The notes beneath the pieces were generated by a model that made no database searches, was not told where the DNA came from, and saw only the letters and a program-made list of their open reading frames with translations. Of a stretch of 64,000 bases of DNA, positions 1 through 9,836 are shown piece by piece. Source of the DNA: an uncultured Bacteroidaceae bacterium. Lineage in GTDB: Bacteria; Bacteroidota; Bacteroidia; Bacteroidales; Bacteroidaceae. How positions within the stretch are numbered: position 1 is the first letter of the stretch; every line of letters begins with the position of its first letter. The position numbers and the translations under genes are program-made. The stretch lies in contig CALUJO010000001.1 in the NCBI GenBank assembly GCA_944320965.1, positions 11,458-75,457 on the forward strand, in the 5' to 3' direction.

Positions 1-1059
1 AATTTCAAAACCTTTGTCATAGTGTTCAGGATAGCCTCCGGATACAAGCATTACACTTACAGCCGAACGCTCGTCAAATTCTATATTTCTATCAGCAAGA
101 TTTCCCTCTGCAACACCTTCAAACAGGTCAACAAGGTCACTTTTGATACGAAGCATAACAGATTCTGTTTCAGGGTCTCCCATACGTACATTATATTCAA
201 TTACCATAGGATTACCGTCAACATTGATAAGTCCGAAGAATATGAATCCCTTGTAATCTATACCTTCTGCTTTCAGGCCTTCTACTGTCGGACGGATTAT
301 TCTGGCTTCCACCTTCTTCATCCACTCTTTATCAGCAAACGGAACAGGAGAAACAGAACCCATACCACCTGTATTCAGACCTTTGTCTCCTTCGCCTATT
401 CTCTTGTAATCCTTGGCTTCAGGAAGAATCTTATAGCTGTTGCCATCAGTAATTACAAAAACAGAGCATTCTATACCGCTCAGGAACTCTTCAATAACAA
501 CTGTTGCAGAAGCGTTTCCAAACATTCCGTCAAGCATTTCTCTAAGTTCCTTTTCAGCTTCTTCAAGAGTAGGCAAAATAAGAACACCCTTTCCGGCACA
601 AAGACCGTCAGCCTTCAATACATAAGGAGCCTTCAATGTATGAAGGAAATCAATACCTTCCTGAAGATTTTCCTTTGTAATGCTCTTGTATCCTGCTGTA
701 GGTATATTGTGACGCTGCATGAAACACTTTGCAAATTCCTTGCTTCCCTCAAGTGTTGCTCCTTCTCTTAAAGGTCCGATTACAGGAACAGTGCAAAGAG
801 CTGCATCAGCCTTGAAATAATCAGAGATACCTTTTACAAGGGGATCTTCCGGACCAACAACAACCATATCAATTCCATTGTGAAGAACAAATCCCCTGAT
901 TGCTTCAAAATCGTCAGCTTTCATGGCAACATTCTCGCCAACCGATGAAGTTCCAGCATTACCCGGTGCAATATATAATTTCTCAACTTTGCTGCTCTGG
1001 GCTATTTTCCATGCCAAAGCATGCTCGCGGCCACCTGAGCCTAATAAAAGTATCTTCAT
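1..1059 (-). CDS. purD: phosphoribosylamine--glycine ligase, N-terminal part (C-terminus lies beyond the window start)
   Basis: Hand translation of the minus strand from ATG at 1057-1059 gives [37 protein letters not shown]..., a canonical PurD N-terminus. The frame stays open to the window edge. It is absent from the ORF track because it has no stop in the window. Confidence 0.85.
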   Translation of the reverse strand, partial: MKILLLGSGGREHALAWKIAQSSKVEKLYIAPGNAGTSSVGENVAMKADDFEAIRGFVLHNGIDMVVVGPEDPLVKGISDYFKADAALCTVPVIGPLREGATLEGSKEFAKCFMQRHNIPTAGYKSITKENLQEGIDFLHTLKAPYVLKADGLCAGKGVLILPTLEEAEKELREMLDGMFGNASATVVIEEFLSGIECSVFVITDGNSYKILPEAKDYKRIGEGDKGLNTGGMGSVSPVPFADKEWMKKVEARIIRPTVEGLKAEGIDYKGFIFFGLINVDGNPMVIEYNVRMGDPETESVMLRIKSDLVDLFEGVAEGNLADRNIEFDERSAVSVMLVSGGYPEHYDKGFEI

Positions 1060-1074
1060 ATATTATATCTGTTT

Positions 1075-3237
1075 TTATAAGTTTTCAAAAAAGTAAGTTG
1101 ATATCTTATGATGCAAATGTACTCTGTCACGTCCCAATACATTATGGTCATGTCCAGGATAAATGAACAAATCCGGATACACGCGCTTCTCAATACATGT
1201 CTTCATAAACTGAAGAGTATGCTGCGGAACGCATGTCTTGTCATTATAATCATGTATTATCATAAGTTTTCCTTTTAGGTTCTCAGCCAGATTATTAAGA
1301 TTTGTAGCCTCATATCCCTCAGGATTATCCTGTGGAGTATCCATATATCTCTCTCCATACATAACTTCATAAAGAGCCCAGTCAATTACAGGACCGCCTG
1401 CAACACCAACTTTAAACACATCATTATGTCTTAACATCAGTGCAGTAGTCATGTGTCCTCCATAACTCCATCCATGAACACCGATTCTATTCTGGTCAAC
1501 ATATGGAAGAGATTTCAGGAACTCGACACCTTTCATCTGGTCCTTGCATTCTTCTATTCCAAGATTTCGGAATGTACAGTTCTCAAACTCAAGACCGCGA
1601 TTTGCACTTCCACGATTGTCAAGAGTGAAGACAATGTATCCGTTCTGTGCCATATAGCTGTCCCAGCCGCTTGCTCCGCCTCTCCATGTATTTGTTACAA
1701 GTTGTGCATGCGGACCACCATAAACATAAATTACAACAGGGTACTTCTTTGAAGGATCAAAATCAAAAGGTTTTACCAACAGATAATAAAGGTCTGTTGT
1801 ATCATCTGCCGCCTTTATAGTACCATGTTCTACGGTTGGCATATCAATTCCTTCATAAGGATTCTTTGAAGTCAGCAGATTGATAACTTTTCCTTTGCCG
1901 TCTGTTCTCTCTATGTCTATTACTCTTGGAACATCTTTTGAAGAATAGCTGTCAACAATATACTTACCTGTTCCACTCAGTGAGACTTTGTGCCATCCGC
2001 TTTCCTTGGTAACCATCTCACGTTTGCCATTCTTGATGTTTACCTTATAAAGACATGCGTCAAGCGGACTGTTTTCTGTACTCATATAGAAAAGAGTTGA
2101 ACCCTTGGCATCAAAACCCAATATCTCATTAACCAGCCATTTGCCTGAAGTAAGCTGCTTAAAGCTTCCGTCAATGTCATACAGATACAAATGATTGTAT
2201 CCGTCTCTCTGGCTCTGATATATAAACTTGTTGTCATTTCCCGGAACGAATGTTATTGGATTCTGAGGTTCAACATATTTTTCATGTCTTTCTTCAATCA
2301 CTATTGCTTCCTGCTCTCCGGTCAACGCATCATATCTTATTAACTGTGAATGATTCTGATCACGGTTAAGTTCAATTACATAAATCTTCTTTGAATCAGG
2401 ACTCCATGAAATATTTGTAAAATATCTGTCAGTAGGATCTGCTGTCTTCAAGTAAACAACATTTCTTGTATTTACATCATACACACCGACATAAACCTTA
2501 TGACTTGTCATTCCTGCCATAGGGTATCTTATAGGTGCTTCCTTGGCAATTCTTGCATCAATGTCAACAAGAGGATATTCTGTAACCATACTTTCATCCA
2601 TTTTATAGAAAGCAATCTTTGAAGCATCAGGACTCCAGAAAGTACCTTTTGATATACCGAATTCATTTCTGTGAACAACCTGACCGTAAACTATACCGTC
2701 CTTATCAGAAACAACCTCTCCGTTCTTTATATTTCCACTTTCATCAACAGAAACAATGTAAAGACTACTTCCCTTTGTATAAGCAAGATTATTGCTGTTA
2801 GGGGCAAAATCAATATTCTGCGCTGTTTCCTCATATTTGCTCAATACAACAGCTTCCTTTGTTTTCAGATTGTATTTGCATACATTGCCTTTGCGCAGCA
2901 AACGCACTTCGTCAATGTTTCCGTATACAAATTCAACTCCATAAAGGGATGCAACCTTTTCCAATCCTATTTTCTCAAGAGCCGAGTTCAAATCTTCACG
3001 CAGAAGAATTGCATTTTCCTTTCCGTTAACAGGATTAATCGCAAAAAGAGTATCAATATCCGGCTTAATGCATACATCACCGCACCAGCCAAGCCCATAA
3101 ATATTCTCTGGATAATACTTATAGAATGTTTCACCACCCGGAATAAGGTCTTCAAGTGTCAATGTTTTCTTTTCCTGTGCTATCATACCGAACAGAGGCA
3201 AAATAACTGCCATTAGACAAACTAATATTCTTTTCAT
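1075..3237 (-). CDS. dipeptidyl-peptidase IV family S9 serine peptidase (secreted)
   Basis: Internal Met at 3237 starts a signal peptide, MKRILVCLMAVILPLFGMIAQ. A DPP-IV-like propeller region is followed by a GWSYGG nucleophile motif and a C-terminal DHNV. The track ORF extends further upstream only because the overlapping low-complexity region lacks stops. Confidence 0.85.
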   Translation of the reverse strand: MKRILVCLMAVILPLFGMIAQEKKTLTLEDLIPGGETFYKYYPENIYGLGWCGDVCIKPDIDTLFAINPVNGKENAILLREDLNSALEKIGLEKVASLYGVEFVYGNIDEVRLLRKGNVCKYNLKTKEAVVLSKYEETAQNIDFAPNSNNLAYTKGSSLYIVSVDESGNIKNGEVVSDKDGIVYGQVVHRNEFGISKGTFWSPDASKIAFYKMDESMVTEYPLVDIDARIAKEAPIRYPMAGMTSHKVYVGVYDVNTRNVVYLKTADPTDRYFTNISWSPDSKKIYVIELNRDQNHSQLIRYDALTGEQEAIVIEERHEKYVEPQNPITFVPGNDNKFIYQSQRDGYNHLYLYDIDGSFKQLTSGKWLVNEILGFDAKGSTLFYMSTENSPLDACLYKVNIKNGKREMVTKESGWHKVSLSGTGKYIVDSYSSKDVPRVIDIERTDGKGKVINLLTSKNPYEGIDMPTVEHGTIKAADDTTDLYYLLVKPFDFDPSKKYPVVIYVYGGPHAQLVTNTWRGGASGWDSYMAQNGYIVFTLDNRGSANRGLEFENCTFRNLGIEECKDQMKGVEFLKSLPYVDQNRIGVHGWSYGGHMTTALMLRHNDVFKVGVAGGPVIDWALYEVMYGERYMDTPQDNPEGYEATNLNNLAENLKGKLMIIHDYNDKTCVPQHTLQFMKTCIEKRVYPDLFIYPGHDHNVLGRDRVHLHHKISTYFFENL

Positions 3238-3241
3238 CTTA

Positions 3242-4711
3242 TTACCTGTTATTGCGTTTAGGTTTATCATTTCCTCTTTTTCCAAAACTTCTTTCCTTGC
3301 GGGTATCTTTATCCGCACGTGAATCACTATGTCTTCTTTCACGCGAAAAAGGTTTGTCTCCTTTTCCGGAGAACTTTTCCCCTCGTGAAGCCGGCTTTCC
3401 TGCATCACGTCCACGGCTTTCTGAAGTTTTGCCTTTGCGTTCATCCTGTCTGAATGACGGTTTGCCTTCCGGTCGGCGACGTTTGAATTCAGGTTTTCCG
3501 CTTTCAGAAGAACGGCTTCCATCGTCCTTTCCTTCCCTTTTTCTTTCAGAAAGTCCGGTCTTGTATTCCTTATATCTGCCGTCAAACATCGAATACTTCT
3601 TGAACTTACATTCAAGCGCACCGTTGAACAACGGAATGTTCTCCGAACTCTTCAAACCGATATTGTCAAAACACTCGTCCTTATAGCTGAGAATCCATGC
3701 GTCATTACCGGTAAACTGTTTTTTCAATCTTTCGCCTATACATTTGTAAAGGTCTGCAAGATCGGCAGGATTAAGTCTTTCACCATAAGGAGGATTAGTA
3801 ACCATTACAGCCTTTGAACCATTCCAGCTGAACTCCTGCATAGGACGCAAAGCTATTTCAACGTCTTTTGTAACACCAGCAGCCTTAACATTCATTTTTG
3901 CAATGGCAACAGCCTTCGGACTATTGTCAAATCCGTAAATCTTATGATTGAAATCACGTTCCTGAGAATCGTCATTATATATCTCTTCAAACATTTCACG
4001 GTCAAAGTCTCTCCACTTCTCAAAGGCATATCCTTTACGGAATACACCAGGAGCAATATTGCGAGCAATAAGTGCAGCCTCTATAGGCAATGTTCCCGAA
4101 CCGCACATCGGGTCAATAAAATCACATTGTCCGTTCCATCCTGTCATCATTATCATACCTGCAGCCAATACCTCATTAAGAGGAGCTTCAAGCGTATCCT
4201 GACGGTAACCGCGTCTATGAAGCGATTCTCCTGAACTGTCAAGCGACAATGTACATGTCGTTTCGGCAATATGTATATTCAACTGTATATCCGGATTACT
4301 TATTTTTACAGAAGGACGCTTTCCTTCCTTTTCAACAAAATAGTCAACAATTGCATCCTTGACCTTATATGCAACAAACTTTGAATGATGAAACTCATTA
4401 CTGAATACCACAGCATCTACTGCAAAAGATGTATTAGGGTCAAGATAGTCTTCCCATTTTATTTCCTTTACTTTTGCATAAACATCATCTGCATTAAATG
4501 CCCTGAAATGTATGATAGGCTTCAGAATCCTGATAGCAGTACGCAAACAGAAGTTTGCCTTGTACATCATATATTTATCACCAGTGAAGGAAACCATTCT
4601 CCTTCCAATCTCTATATTGTTTGCTCCCAATGCAGTCAACTCTCCTGCAAGCAACTCTTCCAATCCCTGGAATGTCTTGGCTATCAATTCAAATTCTTTG
4701 CCTTGATTCAT
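3242..4711 (-). CDS. THUMP-domain class I SAM-dependent RNA methyltransferase (RlmL/UPF0020-like) with about 105-aa basic C-terminal tail
   Basis: SAM motif I DPMCGSGT and motif IV NPPYGERL follow an N-terminal THUMP-like region. The C-terminus is a K/R/S/E/G-rich low-complexity tail. Confidence 0.8.
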   Translation of the reverse strand: MNQGKEFELIAKTFQGLEELLAGELTALGANNIEIGRRMVSFTGDKYMMYKANFCLRTAIRILKPIIHFRAFNADDVYAKVKEIKWEDYLDPNTSFAVDAVVFSNEFHHSKFVAYKVKDAIVDYFVEKEGKRPSVKISNPDIQLNIHIAETTCTLSLDSSGESLHRRGYRQDTLEAPLNEVLAAGMIMMTGWNGQCDFIDPMCGSGTLPIEAALIARNIAPGVFRKGYAFEKWRDFDREMFEEIYNDDSQERDFNHKIYGFDNSPKAVAIAKMNVKAAGVTKDVEIALRPMQEFSWNGSKAVMVTNPPYGERLNPADLADLYKCIGERLKKQFTGNDAWILSYKDECFDNIGLKSSENIPLFNGALECKFKKYSMFDGRYKEYKTGLSERKREGKDDGSRSSESGKPEFKRRRPEGKPSFRQDERKGKTSESRGRDAGKPASRGEKFSGKGDKPFSRERRHSDSRADKDTRKERSFGKRGNDKPKRNNR

Positions 4712-4750
4712 ATGGTTTTGTTAATCTGTGCTGATATTTATTGTATTTCA

Positions 4751-4758
4751 CAAAGATA
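4751..4758 (-). promoter_or_regulatory. -7 promoter box (TAnnTTTG) for the THUMP methyltransferase gene
   Basis: The minus strand reads TATCTTTG, about 40 nt upstream of the ATG at 4711. Confidence 0.45.
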
Positions 4759-4839
4759 CGGAAATTTAGAGTAATAGTAATGATGCTTTGTGATATTTAT
4801 TTTCTATCTGTTAGAAGTAAAATAACTGAAACGGGCAGG

Positions 4840-5772
4840 TTATTTTTTATTTACCGCCCTAATATTTCTCTTCAGTCCTTCAAACTTTGCCCTTTTTACA
4901 GCCGAGCCCTTGAACAGTCTTCTGTAATCCTCCACTGTAAGCGAATCCCAGTCACTGTTTGTCATGGCAGCCAATTCGTCCGAAAGCGCAAAATCTTCAA
5001 CCTGTGTCGGAACAGCAAAACGGTTCCACGGGCATACGTTCTGGCATGTATCGCAACCATAAATACGGTTTCCCATTACATCCGCCGCAAAATCGGGTAT
5101 TTCCTCACGGTTTTCTATTGTCAGATACGACAGGCATTTCCGAGCGTCAAGTACCTTGTCTGCTACAAGCGCTGAAGTAGGACAACTTTCAATACACCTC
5201 CGGCAGTTTCCGCAACGGTTTTTCATCGGAGTGTCATAGTCAAATGAAACATTGCATATAATCTCTCCCAAAAAGAAATATGACCCCATACCCGGTATTA
5301 TAAGACTTGTGTTTCTGCCAATCCACCCAAGACCGGCACGCCATGCCCAATATCTCTCCAAAACCGGAGCCGTATCACAGAATACCCTCGCGTCGACCAC
5401 ATCTCCTACGACCGATTTTATATAATCAAGAAGCTGCGAAAGTCTGGCTTTCATTACATCATGATAATCTTTTCCATAGGCATAACGCGAAATCTGATAC
5501 CGTTCTTTCGGAATCAAATGCTCAGGAAAGTAATTCAGTGCAACGGATATTATTGACTTTGAGTTTTCTACAAGCAACTGAGGCGATTTCCTTTTATCGG
5601 AATAATTACCCATATACGCCATTCCTGCATTAAAGGAACTGGCAAGCCAATTGTCAAAACAACCGGCTACAGAATTATCTACATCCGAAACTTCGGCAAA
5701 GCCGCAACGTGAGAAACCTATTTCGGCAGCCTTTTTCCTGACAAGTTCAGTTAACAGGCCTGTTTCATTCAT
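4840..5772 (-). CDS. queG: tRNA epoxyqueuosine(34) reductase
   Basis: Two ferredoxin-type clusters, CGNCRRCIESCP and CDTCQNVCPWN, in the QueG-typical arrangement. Length is 310 aa. Confidence 0.85.
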   Translation of the reverse strand: MNETGLLTELVRKKAAEIGFSRCGFAEVSDVDNSVAGCFDNWLASSFNAGMAYMGNYSDKRKSPQLLVENSKSIISVALNYFPEHLIPKERYQISRYAYGKDYHDVMKARLSQLLDYIKSVVGDVVDARVFCDTAPVLERYWAWRAGLGWIGRNTSLIIPGMGSYFFLGEIICNVSFDYDTPMKNRCGNCRRCIESCPTSALVADKVLDARKCLSYLTIENREEIPDFAADVMGNRIYGCDTCQNVCPWNRFAVPTQVEDFALSDELAAMTNSDWDSLTVEDYRRLFKGSAVKRAKFEGLKRNIRAVNKK

Positions 5773-6377
5773 AACGTACGGAATTCATATCCTTGCTCAA
5801 GAAGCCATTCAATTGAACGTGGCAGAGCATACTTCATATTGGCTTCCGACTTTATAGAATCATGGAAAGTTATTATAGAGCCGTTACGGACATATTTTTT
5901 CAACTTGGCAAACACTTCCTTACCGTTAAGCCATTTGCTGTAATCACGCGTAACTACGTCCCACATTATGATTTTATACTTTTCCTTCAGTTTGTGATAC
6001 TGACTGAATGACATATGACCGTGCGGAGGGCGGAACAAATCTGTATGCATATAGCTGTTGGCTTTCTCCACATTCTCCATATATGTATCAAGCGGTGTCC
6101 CGAATCCTTTCAGATGATTGAATGTATGGTTGCCTATACGGTGTCCACGCGATTTGACCATTTCAAACTCTGCAGGATGTTTCCTTATATTATCTCCGAC
6201 CATAAAAAAAGTTGCCTTGATATTGTATTTGTCCAGCAAATCAAGTACCCAAGGTGTTATTTCTGGAATTGGTCCGTCATCAAATGTCAGATAAACTACT
6301 TTTTCCTCCTTGCTCTTCCTCCATATTGCTTTTGGATAAAGAAGATGCAGTATTAAAGGGGGCTGTTCTATAATCAT
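5769..6377 (-). CDS. polysaccharide deacetylase (NodB homology) family protein
   Basis: TFDDGP motif and HTFNH metal-binding motif. There is a 4-nt overlap with queG. Confidence 0.75.
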   Translation of the reverse strand: MIIEQPPLILHLLYPKAIWRKSKEEKVVYLTFDDGPIPEITPWVLDLLDKYNIKATFFMVGDNIRKHPAEFEMVKSRGHRIGNHTFNHLKGFGTPLDTYMENVEKANSYMHTDLFRPPHGHMSFSQYHKLKEKYKIIMWDVVTRDYSKWLNGKEVFAKLKKYVRNGSIITFHDSIKSEANMKYALPRSIEWLLEQGYEFRTL

Positions 6378-6436
6378 CAGATTTTATTTATAAAAAGGGA
6401 TGACAGTATTATCCGCTGTCATCCCAATATTAATAC

Positions 6437-9400
6437 TTAAGCTCCTCTGAACTTCTGGTTAGCAATATCATACAAAGCATCAAACTGCTGTGAATAAACA
6501 TTTGCCTGTTCAGAATTATATTTTCTCATCTGCGAAATGATATCATCCAAAATATAAAGATGAGTCTTTATTTCATTTACTACCGAATTGAACTTATAGC
6601 CATCCATACTTAGATACCAAGTCAGATATTCAACAGAAGTATTTGCCAAATCACCGGCAATTTTGTCTGCCTTGTCTTTCTGTCCAAGTCTGTAATAAAG
6701 TTCACTCAATACTCCTGAAGCTCCTCTGTAGTCGTAAGGTATATTGTATGAAGGAATATGCTCTTCACAGTAGTCAACAACCTTGAGTGCTCTTTCACTG
6801 TCACCTCTGTTCAACAGTTCTTCGGCAAGCTGTATAAACACTCTTCTGTGATTGCTGCTTATTCTCTTGGCATTCTCGTCAAGATATATTCCTTCAGTCT
6901 CAATGCCTCCGAACTTGAACTTGGTCATCAGATTCTCATACATCTTGTCAACATCCATTGTCATTCCAAGTTCTTTTGTTCTGAACGGAGTAATGCGGTA
7001 AGCAAAACCTTCAAGCATAAAGTAATCTTCAAGAGCCGGAAGATATGCATCTCCTCCAACTGTCATTGCCATATACATAGGACGTTCCCAATTTGTATTT
7101 GCAAGAAGTTCAAGCTGCATGATATCTGCAAGATACAACGAACGCTTTCCTTTCAGTGAGATTGCCATACGGTCAGGTATTTCAACTCCTTCAGGAATAT
7201 TCATTCCCGAACGTCTTACAGCATCCTTGTCTATTGTTATATATACAGTATCGGTAGGAATCATTCTCAGATTTTCATCCTTTGCCCTTGCCCAGTATTT
7301 CAACACACTCTTCAATTCGAACGGTTCTTCACCAAACTGCTTCTTCCACTGCAATGAATCCGGTCCGTTATAACCGTCAAGAACAGCTTTCTTGAAGCTT
7401 GGCACTACAGGAACAGGTTCAGAACGGTAAACACGTTCATATTCATATCTGCTCCATGATATAGGCAATGCCGGAGAATCGTAGGCAGGACGTTTCATCT
7501 GGTCAACATACCAGTCTGTCTGCAGATATGAAAGGTTGCAGACACGCATATCCGTACGGAAACCTTCAGTCTCCTGACTGTACCACAATGGGAATGTATC
7601 ATTGTCACCGTTTGTAAAGATTATCGGTGCTCCTTCTTCCTGAGCAGATACCAGATAGTTCTGGCCGAAGTCACGGCAGACATATCTTCCTGAACGGTCA
7701 TGGTCATCCCATGTCTGGCTTGCCATCTGTATAGGAACAAGAAGACAGATAACAGAAACAACCGATGACACAACAGTCTTGTTCAGTTTGATTCTGTGAG
7801 TCAGGAAGTGAACTATTCCTGCAACCCCCATACCAATCCATATAGAGAACGCATAGAACGAACCAGCATAGGCATAATCTCTTTCACGAGGCTGAACAGG
7901 AGTCTGGTTAAGATAAAGCACAATGGCAAGACCTGTCATGAAGAACAGGAAGAATACTACCCAGAAGTTCTGTACTCCACGTCTTCCTCTTGCTGCCTGC
8001 CAGAACAGACCTATAAGACCAAGAATCAACGGAAGACCATAAAATACGTTACGTCCCTTGTTTTCCTTCAGTTCCTTAGGAAGCAGTGACTGGTCGCCTA
8101 CAAGCATCTTGTCAATGAAAGGAATACCTGTTATCCAGTTTCCGTGTTCAATTTCACCATATCCCTGTATATCATTCTGTCTTCCCACAAAATTCCACAT
8201 AAAGTATCTCCAGTACATGAAATTTATCTGATATGAGAAGAAGAATTTTATGTTTTCCCACTGGGTAGGCATCTTCACCATACCGGTTCTGCCACAGTCA
8301 TCATAAGGAACCTGATGTCCTTTTACTCCGTTCATCCATTCTTCATAATACTGGGCATGACGGTCGCTGTACATACGAGGGAAAAGCATATTCTGCGCAT
8401 ACTTGTATTCAGGAACAGTTGCAGATGCATAACTGTCCTTTTCATCCGGAGTAGCTTTTTCCTTACGGTAATATGTTGTACGTTCATCAGCAACAGGCTT
8501 GCAGTATTCACCGTCAGACTCCCACTGTATATGTGAAGTATAAGCCTGTCCATAGAACAGAGGACGGCTTCCGTATTGCTCACGTCCCAGATATTCTCCA
8601 AGAGTAAAAATATCTTCAGGAGAGTTCTGGTCCATAGGTGTATTTGCAGACGAACGGATAACTATAAGCGTATATGACGAATAACCGACCATAATAAGCA
8701 TCATGCACAGCAATGCCGTATTCAATGCTCTTGCTGATATATGGCATATTACATCAGAGAACAGACATACGGCAAATACAAGAAGTACAACAACTCCTAT
8801 AAGGAAACTTGACAAGCCGTGACCATAGAACGGAATACCCAGAAGGGCAACTGTTATAAGGAAAGAAATCTTTCCTCTGACATTCTTTTCGTCAGAGTTG
8901 GCAGCAGCCTTATAAGTTTCGAATGCGCTCCATATCAATACTGCAGCAAGCAGCACAAGATAGAAAATCAATCCTGAGTTGAAAGGCAATCCAAGAGTAT
9001 TTACTGCAAAAAGCTCAAACACTCCGCCAACCTTTACAACACCCGGAACAATTCCATAAAGCACTACTGCAACAAGAACCATTGAAAGACACAACGCAAG
9101 GATAGTTCCCTTTGCCTTGGCTTCAGGATTCTTCTTGAAATAATAAACAAGAACAATTGCAGGAATACACAACAGGTTAAGCAAATGCACACCTATTGAA
9201 AGACCTGTCATATAGGCAATAAGCACAAGCCAGCGGTCGGCATGAGGCTTATCGGCATTCTCTTCCCATTTCAGGATAAGCCAGAATACAAGAGCAGTGA
9301 ACATTGAAGAATAGGCATAAACCTCACCTTCAACGGCACTGAACCAGAATGTATCACTGAATGTATATGCCAAAGCGCCAACAAGACCTGAACCGATGAT

Positions 9401-9754
9401 TGTAATCATCTTTGACGTTGTCATTTCTTCGCCCTTGACAATCAGTTTCCTTGTAAGATGCGTGATTGACCAGAACAGGAACAGGATACATGAAGCACTC
9501 ATCAAGGCACTCATTATGTTAACCATCTTTGCAACCTGTGACGGATCACTTGCAAACAGAGAAAAGAAATTACCTGTAAGCATAAAGAAAGGTGCTCCGG
9601 GCGGGTGACCTACTTCAAGTTTATACGCACTTGTTATAAATTCCGGGCAGTCCCAAAAACTTGCCGTAGGCTCGATAGTCATGCAATATACGATTGCCGC
9701 TATTGCAAAAACCAGCCAGCCTGAGATGTTGTTAACTAATCTGTAAGTTTTCAT
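6437..9754 (-). CDS. large polytopic membrane protein, DUF2723 / GT-C-like putative glycosyltransferase with C-terminal TPR-like region
   Basis: 1105 aa. It has many TM helices in the N-terminal 650 aa and a soluble helical-repeat C-terminus. This is typical of the Bacteroidetes DUF2723 family. The family name is from memory, not from a search. Confidence 0.6.
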   Translation of the reverse strand: MKTYRLVNNISGWLVFAIAAIVYCMTIEPTASFWDCPEFITSAYKLEVGHPPGAPFFMLTGNFFSLFASDPSQVAKMVNIMSALMSASCILFLFWSITHLTRKLIVKGEEMTTSKMITIIGSGLVGALAYTFSDTFWFSAVEGEVYAYSSMFTALVFWLILKWEENADKPHADRWLVLIAYMTGLSIGVHLLNLLCIPAIVLVYYFKKNPEAKAKGTILALCLSMVLVAVVLYGIVPGVVKVGGVFELFAVNTLGLPFNSGLIFYLVLLAAVLIWSAFETYKAAANSDEKNVRGKISFLITVALLGIPFYGHGLSSFLIGVVVLLVFAVCLFSDVICHISARALNTALLCMMLIMVGYSSYTLIVIRSSANTPMDQNSPEDIFTLGEYLGREQYGSRPLFYGQAYTSHIQWESDGEYCKPVADERTTYYRKEKATPDEKDSYASATVPEYKYAQNMLFPRMYSDRHAQYYEEWMNGVKGHQVPYDDCGRTGMVKMPTQWENIKFFFSYQINFMYWRYFMWNFVGRQNDIQGYGEIEHGNWITGIPFIDKMLVGDQSLLPKELKENKGRNVFYGLPLILGLIGLFWQAARGRRGVQNFWVVFFLFFMTGLAIVLYLNQTPVQPRERDYAYAGSFYAFSIWIGMGVAGIVHFLTHRIKLNKTVVSSVVSVICLLVPIQMASQTWDDHDRSGRYVCRDFGQNYLVSAQEEGAPIIFTNGDNDTFPLWYSQETEGFRTDMRVCNLSYLQTDWYVDQMKRPAYDSPALPISWSRYEYERVYRSEPVPVVPSFKKAVLDGYNGPDSLQWKKQFGEEPFELKSVLKYWARAKDENLRMIPTDTVYITIDKDAVRRSGMNIPEGVEIPDRMAISLKGKRSLYLADIMQLELLANTNWERPMYMAMTVGGDAYLPALEDYFMLEGFAYRITPFRTKELGMTMDVDKMYENLMTKFKFGGIETEGIYLDENAKRISSNHRRVFIQLAEELLNRGDSERALKVVDYCEEHIPSYNIPYDYRGASGVLSELYYRLGQKDKADKIAGDLANTSVEYLTWYLSMDGYKFNSVVNEIKTHLYILDDIISQMRKYNSEQANVYSQQFDALYDIANQKFRGA

Positions 9755-9791
9755 TTATAATTGATATGTTTGTAGTTTTTGGCAATTTGTG

Positions 9792-9799
9792 CAAAGATA
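9792..9799 (-). promoter_or_regulatory. -7 promoter box for the DUF2723 gene
   Basis: The minus strand reads TATCTTTG, 38 nt upstream of the ATG at 9754. Confidence 0.45.
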
Positions 9800-9836
9800 T
9801 TAAGTTTGCCTTAATTGACCATACTATTAAAATATT

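Noticed and set aside
22-771. 249-aa plus-strand ORF at the window start
   Set aside because: It lies antisense to the clearly recognisable purD reading frame. Its translation is low-complexity with no recognisable motif, so it is a shadow ORF.
3238-3621. N-terminal 128-aa extension of the DPP-IV ORF (track ORF 1075..3621)
   Set aside because: The extension overlaps the methyltransferase tail in another frame and has no signal peptide. A canonical signal peptide begins at the internal Met at 3237.
8332-8601. 89-aa same-strand ORF nested in the DUF2723 gene in another frame
   Set aside because: It lies entirely inside a long, coherent membrane-protein frame and has no independent start context or motif.
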